Below the pieces are notes generated by a model. The model was not told the origin of the DNA, searched no databases, and saw only the letters and a program-made list of their open reading frames with translations. The translations under genes and the position numbers were made by a program. Source: an uncultured Actinomycetes bacterium (GTDB lineage Bacteria; Actinomycetota; UBA4738; HRBIN12). From it: a stretch of DNA of 64,000 nt. The stretch lies in assembly GCA_963816275.1 (NCBI GenBank), contig CAWFJU010000005.1, positions 157,900-221,899 on the forward strand. The letters run 5' to 3'. Of the stretch, positions 49,791 through 60,077 are shown piece after piece (position 1 is the stretch's first letter; every line of letters begins with the position of its first letter).

Positions 49791-50344
49791 CCGACGAGAC
49801 GCGCGACCCGTGGGTGCGGCGGTCGCGGGTCACCGCGTACGAGAACCCGTGGATCGAGGTCTGGCACGACGAGGTCGTACGGCCCGACGGGACCGACGGC
49901 ATCTACGGGGTCGTGCACTTCCGGACCCGGGCCGTCGGAGCGATCGTGCTCGACGACGCCGACCGCGTGTTGCTGGTCGGCCAATACCGCTACACGCTCG
50001 GACGCTTCTCGTGGGAGATCCCGGAGGGCGGGAGCCCGCTGGAGGAGGATCCTCTGGAGGGGATCGCACGCGAGCTCGCGGAGGAGACCGGCTACGCGGC
50101 GGCGGAGTGGCGCGAGCTGGTCCGTTTCAGCGTGTCGAACTCGGTCACGGATCAGGAGGCGGTGATGTTCGTCGCGACCGAACTCGAGGTGGGCACGGCC
50201 TCGCCCGAACCCACGGAGGAGCTCGCGACCCGATGGGTGCCGTTCACCGAGGCCCTCGCGATGGTCGATCGCGGCGAGATCCACGACGTGATCACGCAGG
50301 CGGCCCTTTCGGCCCTGGCCAGGGAGCGCGTGGGCGGCGCCTAG
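49787..50344 (+). CDS. NUDIX hydrolase (ADP-ribose pyrophosphatase-like)
   Basis: 185-aa ORF that overlaps the upstream stop (ATGA). A Nudix box is present (PEGGSPLEEDPLEGIARELAEETGY). Confidence 0.9.
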   Translation: MTDETRDPWVRRSRVTAYENPWIEVWHDEVVRPDGTDGIYGVVHFRTRAVGAIVLDDADRVLLVGQYRYTLGRFSWEIPEGGSPLEEDPLEGIARELAEETGYAAAEWRELVRFSVSNSVTDQEAVMFVATELEVGTASPEPTEELATRWVPFTEALAMVDRGEIHDVITQAALSALARERVGGA

Positions 50345-52029
50345 GCGCCGACCTCCTCCGGGAGCCAGAACCATCGGAGGTGTTCGAAGTCCTCGCTCAC
50401 GACGAGCGAGGTGCCTTCGAACGGCGGCGGCGCCTCCGCTAGGATCGCGCGCCCTTCGTCGAGGTACCGAGACAGCGCGGTCTCGGGCGCGCGGTGCCGA
50501 TGCCCCTCGAAGACCATTTGGCCGTCTGCGTACCGGACGTCCCTGAGCGACATCGGCGGCTCAGGCTGGCCGTCAGCGTGCCGCCACAAGCCCGACGGCG
50601 GGTCGAAGCGGTACCTCGGGAGGAGCCGCCACCCCTTGGTCGCGACCAGGTCGACCGCATCCAGGACGTAGTCGAACACGTCCTCGGTGAGGAAGTAGTT
50701 GAAGTTCACCCGTACCCAACCGGGCTTGATCCCCTCGCACCCCTTGGCGATCTCGCGCTCGAAGGCGTGCGACCGGTCGAGGTCGATGCCGAGCAGCCGG
50801 TGCCCGTACGGACCGGCGCACGAGCATCCGCCGCGCGCCTGGATCCCGAAGAGATCGTTCAGGAGCGCCACAAGGAAGTTGTGGTGCAGGTAGCGCCCAT
50901 CGTGACGCACGACGAACGACACGATCGAGAGCCTTGGGAGATCGTGGCTCCCGAGGATCTCGATATCGGGGTTCTCCTCCCACCGGTGCATCGCGCGGTG
51001 GGTGAACGACTCCTCGCGCGCGCGGATCGCCTCGGTGCCGACGGCCTCCTTCAGCTGGAACACGAGGCCCGCCCGGATCGACTCCACGATCGCGGGCGTG
51101 CCGCCTTCCTCGCGATGCTCGATGTCATCGAGGTATCGGTGCTCCGTCGGATTCACGTACGCGACCGTGCCGCCGCCGGGGACGCTCGGCACGCGGTTGT
51201 GGAAGAGCTCCCGGCGGGCGACCAGCACGCCCGGCGTGCCCGGCCCGCCCACGAACTTGTGCGGCGAGATGAAGACCGCGTCCTTGTGGTCGAGTTCGGC
51301 GTCGACCGGCGCGCGGCGCGGCGACATCTCGATGTCCACGTACGGCGCGGCTGCCGCGAAGTCCCAGCACGAGAGGGCCCCGTATCGATGCAGCAGTACC
51401 GAGATCGCGCCGACGTCGCTCAGGATCCCCGTGACGTTGGAGGCGGCCGAGAAGCTCCCGATCTTCACGGGCCGGTCGGCGGTTGCGATCAGCTCCCGTT
51501 CGAGCGCCTCCAGGTCGATCCGCCCGTCGTGATCCTCGGGGACCGTCACGAGATCGGCGATCGACTCACGCCACGGCAGTTCGTTCGAGTGATGCTCGTA
51601 CGGCCCGATGAACACGACCGGCCGCTCGTCGGCCGGGATGCGTTCCACGAACCCGTAGCGGTCGTCGAGTCCCGCGGGGATCCGCAGCTCGAGACAGTCG
51701 ATCAGCGTGTGGATCGCGCCGGTCGACCCGGACCCGCAGAAGAGCACGACGTGCTCCTGGGCGCTCGCGCCCACCGCCTCGCGGATGATCGCCCGGGCGT
51801 CCTCTCGGAACCTCGTGGTCTGGAGCCCGGTGCCGCTCGACTCCGTGTGGGTGTTCGCGTACAGGGGCAGCACCGCGTCGCGGATCAGGTCCTCGATGAA
51901 CGTGACCGAACGGCCCGACGCCGTGTAGTCCGCGTAGGTGACGCGCCGCAGCCCGAAGGGCGTCGCGATCGCTTCATCCTCGCCGATCACCGCCGCCCGC
52001 ACGGTGTCGATCAGTCGCTCGTCCGGCAC
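50341..52029 (-). CDS. Aminotransferase class V-fold PLP-dependent enzyme (long cysteine-desulfurase-like family)
   Basis: 562-aa ORF with a GTG start (YANTHTESS, FCGSGSTGA, ISPHKFVGGPGTPG, ARGGCSCAGPYG). Confidence 0.85.
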   Translation of the reverse strand: MPDERLIDTVRAAVIGEDEAIATPFGLRRVTYADYTASGRSVTFIEDLIRDAVLPLYANTHTESSGTGLQTTRFREDARAIIREAVGASAQEHVVLFCGSGSTGAIHTLIDCLELRIPAGLDDRYGFVERIPADERPVVFIGPYEHHSNELPWRESIADLVTVPEDHDGRIDLEALERELIATADRPVKIGSFSAASNVTGILSDVGAISVLLHRYGALSCWDFAAAAPYVDIEMSPRRAPVDAELDHKDAVFISPHKFVGGPGTPGVLVARRELFHNRVPSVPGGGTVAYVNPTEHRYLDDIEHREEGGTPAIVESIRAGLVFQLKEAVGTEAIRAREESFTHRAMHRWEENPDIEILGSHDLPRLSIVSFVVRHDGRYLHHNFLVALLNDLFGIQARGGCSCAGPYGHRLLGIDLDRSHAFEREIAKGCEGIKPGWVRVNFNYFLTEDVFDYVLDAVDLVATKGWRLLPRYRFDPPSGLWRHADGQPEPPMSLRDVRYADGQMVFEGHRHRAPETALSRYLDEGRAILAEAPPPFEGTSLVVSEDFEHLRWFWLPEEVGA

Positions 52030-52103
52030 GCGCGCATGGTACTCCCGGGACGACGAAGGCCGGCCCGGGGGCCGGCCTTCGTGTGACGCGATGTCCGTGA
52101 CGC

Positions 52104-53036
52104 TTATCCCAGCGCCACCGCGTTGATCAGGTTGGAATCGCGGAGCTTCCGAAGCGCCTCGCGCTCGATCAGGCGCACCCGCTCCCCGGAGAGACCCAGC
52201 ACCTTGCCGGTCTCCCGCAGCGACAGCGGCTGCCCGTTCTCGAGCCCGTAGCGCAGGGCCACCACGTGGCGCTCGCGCTCGTCGAGCACGCGGTCGACGG
52301 CGTCGCCGATCTCCTCGCGGAGCAGGGCGTCCTCGACCTCGTTGAACGCGGCGTCGGAGTCGACCTCCTCGATCAGATCGCCGAGCTCCGTGTCTTCGCC
52401 GACGGGCGACTGCAGGGACAGCGGCTCACGGCGTCCCATCTCCGTCAGGTCGTCGATCTCTTCGACCGTGGTGTCGAGGGCCTTGGCCAGCTCCTCGCGG
52501 CTGGGCTCGCGGCCCATGCTCTGCGCGAACTGGAACCGCGTGCGGTTCAGCTTGCGCAGCCGGTCGTGGATGTGGACGGGAAGACGGATCGAGCGGGAAC
52601 GGTCCGCGATCGCGCGCGTGATGCCCTGGCGGATCCACCACGTCGCGTACGTCGAGAACTTGAACCCACGGCGCCAGTCGAAGAGCTCGACGGCACGCAT
52701 CAGGCCGATGTTGCCTTCCTGGATCAGGTCGAGCAGCGGCAGGCCCTGGCCCTGGTACTTGCGGGCCACGGACACCACGAGGCGAAGGTTGGCCATGATG
52801 AACCGCTGCCGCGCGGCCTCGGCCTTCTTCACATCCTGACGGGCCTTGGCGATGCTCTTCTCGGACCGGAGACGCCCGGCACGGAGGCGTTCCTCCCCCT
52901 CCTTGCCGCGCTCGATGGTCATGGCGAGTTCGACCTCCTCCTCCTTCGTCAGCAGCGGCTCGCGGGCCGCCGCCTCCAGGTAGAGGCGAAGATCATCAGC
53001 GTCGTCGGTCCCTAGGGGACGCGCCGGCTCTGGCAC
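52104..53036 (-). CDS. RNA polymerase sigma-70 family factor (group 2, SigB/HrdB-like, short N-terminus)
   Basis: 310-aa ORF. Region 2 (DLIQEGNIGLMRAVELFDWRRGFKFSTYATWWIRQGI), region 3, and region 4 (LSLRETGKVLGLSGERVRLIEREALRKLR) are present. GTG start at 53036 with GGAGGAGAG upstream. Confidence 0.95.
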   Translation of the reverse strand: MPEPARPLGTDDADDLRLYLEAAAREPLLTKEEEVELAMTIERGKEGEERLRAGRLRSEKSIAKARQDVKKAEAARQRFIMANLRLVVSVARKYQGQGLPLLDLIQEGNIGLMRAVELFDWRRGFKFSTYATWWIRQGITRAIADRSRSIRLPVHIHDRLRKLNRTRFQFAQSMGREPSREELAKALDTTVEEIDDLTEMGRREPLSLQSPVGEDTELGDLIEEVDSDAAFNEVEDALLREEIGDAVDRVLDERERHVVALRYGLENGQPLSLRETGKVLGLSGERVRLIEREALRKLRDSNLINAVALG

Positions 53037-53176
53037 TAGATATCACTCTCCTCCTCGAGGCCTGTGGGCGCCGCGGGACGCGACGCAACTGGGGTCCTCG
53101 GGAACTCGGGTTCCTCGGTCAGCGGCGTAGGGAGGCCGGGCGCAGCGAGAGAACGCCTTGGCAGCCGCTGTTTCGC

Positions 53177-53206
53177 ATGGTAAGGGGTGCTTCGCGAGTT
53201 TGTAAA
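53177..53206 (-). promoter_or_regulatory. Candidate sigma-70-type promoter of the sigma factor gene
   Basis: On the minus strand, TTTACA (53206-53201), an 18-nt spacer, then TACCAT (53182-53177), in a locally AT-richer stretch about 140 nt upstream of the start codon. Pattern match only. Confidence 0.35.
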
Positions 53207-53452
53207 GCTCAGGGCAGGTAAAGGTCTTGTGAAGACACCGGCCGACGGGACGAGCACGCGTGTGACGTTCACCCCGGCGAGCACCACCTTTCGGACGGTT
53301 CCTCCTGTACAACCGCGTGGGGGCGCGCGATGTTCCCTCGGCGCGCGCCCTCACCAGGACGTTCGCCGCCGTCCGATCCGCGGTTCCCCGGCGGCCCCCG
53401 GGTCACCCCGAGGAGGCTCCAGCGTCGCTCCCCGTCGCGATACCGTGACGGG

Positions 53453-54340
53453 GTGAGCCTCGAACTCCCGCCCCTCCGCACGATCGACCTCGACGGCCCG
53501 GTGACGTACCGCGCGTGGGACGGGCCGAGCGATGCGACGTTCCTCCTCGTGCACGGGCTCGGCGGCTCGCACGTGAATTGGGTGCGTGTCGCGCCGGGCC
53601 TGGCCGGACTGGGCCGTGTGCTCGCGCTTGACCTCCCCGGGTTCGGGCGCACGCCGCGGGCCGGCCGTGGCTCCGGGATGATGGATCTGCGTCGCACGCT
53701 GTCGCGCTTCATGGGCGAACTCGGCACCGGCGACGTGATCTTGTCGGGGAACTCGATGGGCGGGGTCGTCTCGATGATCCAGGCGGCGGTCGAGCCCGAC
53801 TCGGTGCATGCCCTGGTCCTGACGGGCGCGGGCTTCCCACGGGCGGGCCACGCCCGCCCGCATCCGCTCGTGTGGACGACCTTCCACATCTACGAGACGC
53901 CGCAGGTCGGCGACCTGCTGGCGCAGATCCGCACGCGCGACATCGACGCCGAACGGGTCGTGCGGTTAGGCCTTCGCTTCATCGTGTCCGATCCTTCGAG
54001 GATCCCCGACGACGTGATCCAGCTGCACGTGGATTCGGTGCGCGCGCGTGCGGACGACCCCGACGCCGGGCCGGCGTTCGCCGACGCCGCACGGTCGCTG
54101 CTGCGACTGGGGCGGCGGCCCGACGCGGGCTCGCGCGTCATGGGCAACGTGAGCGCGCCGGTGCTGGTGCTGCACGGTCGGCGCGACGCCCTGGTCCCCG
54201 CCGCGTGGGCGGAGGCCGCCCTGCGCGACCACCCGGCGTGGCGCGGACGGATCTTCCCCGATCTCGGGCACGTCCCGATGCTCGAGGCCCCCGGGCGCTG
54301 GCTCGCCGAGGTCGCCGACTGGCTGAACGAGGTGCGCTGA
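53453..54340 (+). CDS. Alpha/beta-fold hydrolase
   Basis: 295 aa from the in-frame GTG 53453 (FLLVHGLGGSHVNW, nucleophile elbow GNSMGG, C-terminal GHVPMLE). The ORF as listed starts at 53330. Confidence 0.85.
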   Translation: MSLELPPLRTIDLDGPVTYRAWDGPSDATFLLVHGLGGSHVNWVRVAPGLAGLGRVLALDLPGFGRTPRAGRGSGMMDLRRTLSRFMGELGTGDVILSGNSMGGVVSMIQAAVEPDSVHALVLTGAGFPRAGHARPHPLVWTTFHIYETPQVGDLLAQIRTRDIDAERVVRLGLRFIVSDPSRIPDDVIQLHVDSVRARADDPDAGPAFADAARSLLRLGRRPDAGSRVMGNVSAPVLVLHGRRDALVPAAWAEAALRDHPAWRGRIFPDLGHVPMLEAPGRWLAEVADWLNEVR

Positions 54341-54379
54341 GCTAGCGAAGACGATGCCCGCTGCCGGGTGCCGCCCGCC

Positions 54380-55780
54380 TCAGCGGGGCCTGGCTCGCGG
54401 CGAGGAGGCCGCCTCGGCGAGTTCGTCGATCGAGGTCGTGATCCCCTCGGAGAGGACGTCGAGGTCGCGAACGGCGTCCCAGTCGGCCGTGAGCCCGAAG
54501 GCCATCGTCCCGGCGAGACTCGTGCAGGCGACCGAGAGCCCACAGTTCTCAGCGAGCGGCATCGCGGGGAAGCTCGCGAGCAGCCGGGCGCCGGCCAGAT
54601 AGAGCGGTACCTGTGGCGCCGGCACGTTGGAGACCACCAGGTTGAACCAGCGTCCCCGCGAGATCAGGCGGGCGGCCATCGCATGCAGGGCCGGCGGCGC
54701 GTACGCCCCGAGCCCGATGATCGAGTCGGCACTCACGGCCATGCCGGACGCCTTCAGCTGCTCGGTGGCCGCCCGCACGCGTCGCAGCCGCGTCGACGGC
54801 CTCATCGGCCCGACCGGGATGTCGACGAAGGCCGGCGCGACGCGATTCCCCACGTCGCCCTGCTCGGCGCGTGAGCGGACCGAGACCGGCACCATCACCC
54901 GGAGCGTGCGGCCCTTCGAGGGCTCGCCGCGCTGCGTGAGCAATCGATGGAGCCCGCCCGCCACGGACGCGAGCACGACGTCGTTGATCGTGCCTCCGAG
55001 CGTCGCGCGGATCCCGTGCACGCGCTCGAACGGAGCCTCGGCCGTCGCGAACCGCCGGGCGGGGCCGATCGTGGCGTCGAAGGGGCCGGGCGGACGTCCG
55101 CCCATCCCGAAGATCTGCGCAGCGCCCGCGACCGTCTCCGTGACGTACTCCCAGGCGTTACCCGGCGCGCGGGCCGCACGCGTGAGCGCCTGCAAGGGGT
55201 GGAGCACGAGGTCCTCCACCGCGTCGCGGACGAGGTCACCTGATGACGGAGGCGCCTCCGCTTCCCACGGACGCTTCGGGCCCGGACCGAGTGGGGCGTC
55301 GGGCTCCAGGTCGAACAGGGCTGAGGCGATCAACATGCCGCTGATGCCGTCGGCGAGCGCGTGATGCAACTTCAGCAGCACGGCCGTGCGGCCATGCTCC
55401 ATTCCCTCGAACACGTAGAGCTCCCACAACGGCTTCGAGATGTCGAGCGGACGCGAGAGGACCCGGCCCACCGCCCGCTCGAGCTGGAAGCGTCCGCCCG
55501 GCGACGGAATCGCCGAGCGCCGGAGGTGGAAGTCGAGATCGAAGTGGTCGTCGTCGACCCAGAGCGGACGCCCGAGCTCGACCGGCACGCGGAGCACCCG
55601 CTGCCGCAGACGCGGCGCGAGATGGAGGCGCGCCTCGACCACCCGCTGCACGTCGACGTACGTGAGCGGGCCGTCGGCGCGCGGTTCCAGGACCGAGACA
55701 CCGGCGACATGCATGTGCATCGCCGGACGCTCGAGGTAGAGGAAGCTCGCGTCGAGGCTGGAGAGACGTTCCGGGGCCAT
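54380..55780 (-). CDS. Wax ester synthase / acyl-CoA:diacylglycerol acyltransferase (WS/DGAT)
   Basis: 466 aa from ATG 55780 (MAPERLSSLDASFLYLE...). The catalytic HHxxxDG motif is present (LHHALADG). Confidence 0.9.
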   Translation of the reverse strand: MAPERLSSLDASFLYLERPAMHMHVAGVSVLEPRADGPLTYVDVQRVVEARLHLAPRLRQRVLRVPVELGRPLWVDDDHFDLDFHLRRSAIPSPGGRFQLERAVGRVLSRPLDISKPLWELYVFEGMEHGRTAVLLKLHHALADGISGMLIASALFDLEPDAPLGPGPKRPWEAEAPPSSGDLVRDAVEDLVLHPLQALTRAARAPGNAWEYVTETVAGAAQIFGMGGRPPGPFDATIGPARRFATAEAPFERVHGIRATLGGTINDVVLASVAGGLHRLLTQRGEPSKGRTLRVMVPVSVRSRAEQGDVGNRVAPAFVDIPVGPMRPSTRLRRVRAATEQLKASGMAVSADSIIGLGAYAPPALHAMAARLISRGRWFNLVVSNVPAPQVPLYLAGARLLASFPAMPLAENCGLSVACTSLAGTMAFGLTADWDAVRDLDVLSEGITTSIDELAEAASSPRARPR

Positions 55781-55839
55781 CGCCCTCACCCTACCGTCCG
55801 ACACCCGGCCCGTAACCGCCGGTGCTAGGGTGCGGCGCG

Positions 55840-57765
55840 ATGAGGGTGGGTCGGGTCGTGCGAGTGGTCGCGGCGAGCGCCCTGTTCGCCCTCGGGAACG
55901 GCGCCGAGACGGCGCGCGCCGCCGAGTACGGGGCATCGGTGAGCGCGATCGACAACGTGTTCGCCCCCGAGGTCGTCCGGATCCAGCCCGGCGAGGACGT
56001 CGAGTGGACGATGGACGGCCGCAGCCCGCACACGGTCGAGGCCGACGATGGATCGTGGGGCTCCGGGGACCTCGCGCCGGGCGACGAGTTCACCCGGAGG
56101 TTCGATCAGCCTGGCGTCTACACCTACTTCTGCAGGTACCACGGCTCGCCGGGCGTGGGGATGACGGGCACCGTGCTCGTGGGCGATGTGCCGCTCCCCG
56201 GCCCAGCCGGCGACGTGGGGCCGGGTCGCGAGCCGGTGCCGCGAGGGTTCGCCGACACCGTGCGGGTCCCCGCGGACGCCCCGACGATCCAGGAAGCCGT
56301 CGACCGCGCGGAGCCTGGCGGCATGGTGCTGATCTCCCCCGGCGTCTACGACGAGGACGTCACCGTCACGACGCCCTACCTCACGATCCGCGGGACGGAC
56401 CGGAACGGGGTCGTGATCGACGGCAGGTTCGAACGCGCGATCGGGATCCACGTGATCGAAGCCGACGCCGTGTCGATCGAGAACCTCACGGTGCGCAACC
56501 ACCTGCTGAACGGCGTGCAATGGAGTGGCGTCCACGGGTACTGGGCCTCGTACGTCACCGCCTACAACAACGGCGACTACGGGATCTACGCGTACGACTC
56601 GGACTGGGGGCAGATCGACCACTCGTACGCGAGCGGCTCGCCCGATAGCGGCTTCTACATCGGGCAGTGCTACCCGTGCCACGCGGTCATCACCGACATC
56701 CTCGCCGAGCACAACGCGATGGGGTACAGCGGGACGAACGCCGGCGGCGACCTCTCGATCGTGAACAGCGAATGGCGGCAGAACATGAGCGGGATCGTCC
56801 CCAACACGCTCGACTCCGAGCTGCTGCCGCCGCAGCGCGACGCGTACATCGCCGGCAACTACGTGCACGACAACAACTCGACCACCGTCGACACGAAGGA
56901 TCTCGAGTATCCGACCTTCGGGTCGGGCATCATCCTCGCCGGCGGCCGCGACAACCTGGTCGAGGGCAACCTGGTGGAGGACCAGGCCAGCTATGGCATC
57001 GCCGTGATGCCGAACCTCGACGCGAACCTGTGGCCGACCGCCGGGAACGAGGTCCGCGGCAACGTCGTTCGCGCCTCCGGCCGCGCCGACCTGGCGCTCG
57101 GAGCTCCGTCCGCGGGCGGCGATTGCTTCGCCGGGAACGACTACGCGACGAGCGCTCCGCCCGCGATCGAGCTGCTCAAGGGATGCGGCTCGCCGCTCGC
57201 CTCGATCGGCGGCGGAGATCTCGCCCCCACCGTGAGCCTGGGCACCCGGTTCCTGGACGCGCTCGACGGCGCGTTCCCTCACGGCGACTGGCGGTCGCAA
57301 CCGGTTCCCCCGGATCAGCCATCGATGCCCAACGCGACCGAGGCGCCGCCGCACCCAGCGATCCCCGAGGAGGTCGTGCCGCAGCCGGTCCGCGTGCGCC
57401 AGGTCGCCGACATCCGGTCCACCTCGTCACTCACCGTCGGGAAGGAGCTCACTGTGTTCGGAGTCCCGCTCGCCACCTCGTGGTGGAGCCTGCTGATCGG
57501 CCTCTACGGCTATGTGCTACCCGGGTTCCTGTACGCCGCGTGGGTCACGATCGCCCTGTGGGACCTGATACGGCAGGAGTCGGTCCCGATCCCGTTCCGC
57601 GCCCGGTGGATGGCGGTGGTGATCCTGGTGCCGCTCCTCGGGCCGTTGCTCTACTTCGGGTTCGGGAAGTCACCGATCCCGGCCCAGCTGCGGTTGATGC
57701 TCACGGCTGGCGGGGCGCTCGCGTGCCTGCTGATCTCGGGACTGGCAGCGGTGTTCGGCGGCTAA
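55840..57765 (+). CDS. Secreted cupredoxin domain + right-handed beta-helix (NosD-like) protein with a C-terminal PLDc_N-like membrane anchor
   Basis: 641 aa from ATG 55840. A signal peptide is followed by type-1 Cu ligand candidates (SPHTV; FCRYHGSPGVGM) and beta-helix repeats (IENLTVRNH..., GIYAYDS..., NLVEGNLVED...). The C-terminal membrane segments read YAAWVTIALWDLI...WMAVVILVPLLGPLLYFGFG. Confidence 0.8.
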   Translation: MRVGRVVRVVAASALFALGNGAETARAAEYGASVSAIDNVFAPEVVRIQPGEDVEWTMDGRSPHTVEADDGSWGSGDLAPGDEFTRRFDQPGVYTYFCRYHGSPGVGMTGTVLVGDVPLPGPAGDVGPGREPVPRGFADTVRVPADAPTIQEAVDRAEPGGMVLISPGVYDEDVTVTTPYLTIRGTDRNGVVIDGRFERAIGIHVIEADAVSIENLTVRNHLLNGVQWSGVHGYWASYVTAYNNGDYGIYAYDSDWGQIDHSYASGSPDSGFYIGQCYPCHAVITDILAEHNAMGYSGTNAGGDLSIVNSEWRQNMSGIVPNTLDSELLPPQRDAYIAGNYVHDNNSTTVDTKDLEYPTFGSGIILAGGRDNLVEGNLVEDQASYGIAVMPNLDANLWPTAGNEVRGNVVRASGRADLALGAPSAGGDCFAGNDYATSAPPAIELLKGCGSPLASIGGGDLAPTVSLGTRFLDALDGAFPHGDWRSQPVPPDQPSMPNATEAPPHPAIPEEVVPQPVRVRQVADIRSTSSLTVGKELTVFGVPLATSWWSLLIGLYGYVLPGFLYAAWVTIALWDLIRQESVPIPFRARWMAVVILVPLLGPLLYFGFGKSPIPAQLRLMLTAGGALACLLISGLAAVFGG

Positions 57766-58499
57766 GGCTCACCGCGACGTCGAGCTCGATCCGCATCCGC
57801 TTGTTGGCCTTGCCCTTGGACTCGGTCTTCACGACGCGGACGCGACCGACCTCCGAGGTCGAACGAACATGGGTGCCCCCGTCGGCCTGCTTGTCGATGC
57901 CCTCGATGTCGATCACGCGGATCGGGTCGACGTGCTCGGGGATCAGCGACACCTTCGTGCGGATCAGGTCGGGATCGGCGAACGCCTCCGCGCGCGGGAG
58001 GAAGCTCACGTGCACCGGGACGTCCTCCGCGAGCCGGCCGTTCAGGCGCTCCTCGACCTCGCGGCCGAACTCCTGGCTGATGCCGTCCAGCTCGAAGTCC
58101 ATGCGGGCCGTGCCGTCCGAGTCCATGTTGCCGCCCGTGACCTTCGCCCCCCAGCCGGTGAAGACGACCCCCGAGAGGGCGTGGAGCGCCGTGTGCGTTC
58201 GCATGTGGAGGTACCGGCGGTCCCAGTCGACCTCGGCGGTGACCGCAGTGCCGGCCGGCGGGGACGTCGGACCCGGTGTCGGGGACGTGCAGGGTCTCGC
58301 CGTCGTCGCGTGCCTTCAGGGTGTCGACGATCGCGCAGGATCCGCCGTCCCATCGGAGCGCGCCGACGTCGCCGGGCTGGCCGCCGCCGCGCGCGTAGAA
58401 GACCGTTCGGTCGAGCACGATGCCGTCCTCGCGGACCTCGGTGACGGTCGCGTCGCAGCTGGTCAGGTACGCGTCGTGGGCACAGAGATCATCGCTCAT
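57701..58499 (-). pseudogene. AlaX-like alanyl-tRNA editing protein (Thr/Ala-tRNA synthetase second additional domain), reading frame broken once
   Basis: The N-terminus (MSDDLCAHDAYLTSCDATVTEV...FYARGGGQPGD) is in ORF 57762..58499. The Zn-binding core (MRTHTALHALSG...DKQADGGTHV) is in the +1 frame (ORF 57701..58204). The junction is near 58250-58258. The 3' end overlaps the convergent gene by about 65 nt. Confidence 0.8.
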
Positions 58500-58536
58500 G
58501 GGGGGACGCTATCGCACGGCCACGGAGGCGTGTGGG

Positions 58537-59002
58537 CTACGGGCAGCCTGCGTAGCCCGAGCCGCTCGTCTGATCCCACGTGTCGCCGATCAACGTGAAG
58601 ACCGATCGCCCGCCGCCGTTGCAGCCGAACGGTGCCGGATCACGCCACGTGTAGCGGAACCGCGCGATGTCGCCGCGCCAGGCGAACGGCGCCAGCACCC
58701 AGTAGACGCCTCCGCTGGGCCAGGCTGCGGTGCACCCACGTGATCGGAGCGGCGACGGCGTCCTCGACGGCGGAACGGAGCCTGCGCGGGATCCGAACGC
58801 AGCCGGTCTCCTCCCGGACCCTCGCGCAACGACGCGACAGGACCTGGATCGGATCGCTCCCCTCGCCGATCACGGTCGCGATCATGCCGGCCTGCGCGAC
58901 GGGACCACGGACCCACGCGCGCGCGCTCGCCGGGGCGGCCGGCGCCAGGCCCAGGATCGCGGCGGCCATGAGGATCGTGAGGCGTCGTCGCATCCGGGCC
59001 AT
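58537..59002 (-). pseudogene. Small secreted Cys-containing hypothetical protein, reading frame broken once
   Basis: A signal peptide (MARMRRRLTILMAAAILGLAPAAPASA) is in the frame of ORF 58640..59464. The C-terminal part (SGGVYWVLAPFAWRGDIARFRYTWRDPAPFGCNGGG...GYAGCP*) was found by hand translation of the +1 frame. The junction is near 58714-58722. Confidence 0.5.
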
Positions 59003-59037
59003 CCTCGCACGGGCTCGCGCGGAACGCGACCCGTGCT

Positions 59038-59951
59038 TCACACGTTGGGCTCCGCGATCCTCGTGTCGGATCAGCGACGCGATCACCGCGCCGCCGAGGA
59101 TCAGCGCCCGCCGATGGCCACCGCCGCGGTGATGGGTTCGTCCAGGAGGAAGTACGCGAGCACCGCCACCGTGAGCGGCTCCATCACGCCGATGATCGCG
59201 TTGCGGACGGCGCCCACCCGCTGCAGCCCGCCGAGCATGGCGGCGAACGCGCCGGCCGAGAAGACCATCATCGCGATGATCCGCCAGGCGGAGCCGGCGG
59301 CCGGGAAGCTCCAGCGCGCCGAACGCCGCCCCGTACACGACGTTCGCGGTGGCCGCGCCGACGCCGAGCCACGCGGCCGCCGTGAGCGGGTCCGTTCGCT
59401 TCACGTGGCGGTCGGTGCCGACAGGTACGCCGTGTACGCGAACGACGTGCACGAGCGCGAGCACGATGCCCAGCGGTCGTGATGTCGGCGCTGCCGCCGC
59501 CCAGGACCACGATGGCGCTTCCCGCGAGCGCGAGGCCCAGGGCCGCGAACAGCCAGCCCGGCGGCGCCTTGCGGTCGAGGCCGATGGTCGCGAGCATCAC
59601 CCACACCGGGTACGTGTAGAACAGGAGCGTGACGGCCGCGGCGCTGCCGTGGTTCAACGCGGAGAAGTAGAAGGCGGACTCGGAGCCGTAGCCGATCGTG
59701 CCGGCGATGGCGAGGGCGAGCCGTTCACCCTGGCGCGGGCAGGAGCGGGCGGCCGCGTCAGCACCAGCAGCCCGAGCAGCAGGACGGACTGGCCGGCGAA
59801 GCGAAGTGCGAGCATCACGAAGGGCAGCTCGCCGGCCTGCACCTGCTTGCCGAGGATCACCACGACGGCGAACAGCACGGCCATGAGCGCGACAGGCCGG
59901 AGCCGGTCAGCTCGCCCCGCCGGTCGGTGGCCCGCCGCGAGGGCTCGGTCA
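59038..59951 (-). pseudogene. EamA/DMT-family transporter, at least four frame shifts
   Basis: EamA-like pieces are scattered over all three frames: MAVLFAVVVILGKQ...LRFAGQSVLLLG; NHGSAAAVTLLFYTYPVWVMLATI...; DPLTAAAWLGVGAATANVVYG; GSAWRIIAMMVFSAGAFAAMLGGLQRVGAVRNAIIGVMEPLTVAVLAYFLLDEPIT; ALILGGAVIASLI. Boundaries are approximate. Confidence 0.6.
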
Positions 59952-60077
59952 CGAGCCGGACCGAGGGCTACTCGGCGGGACGGCGGGGGCGCCGTCGACC
60001 TCGACGTGCGGCGTGGCGTGATCGGTCGTCAGTTCGGGCACCCCGGGCTCCCTCGCGGCGTTCCACGAGAGCGTACG

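Noticed and set aside
57701-57765. A 65-nt convergent overlap between the cupredoxin/beta-helix gene and the AlaX-like gene.
   Set aside because: The AlaX 3' extension (…IELDVAVSLSRRTPLPVPRSAGTRAPRQP) may be an artefact of the indel-prone region, such as a missed stop or frame shift. It is not enough to claim antisense regulation.
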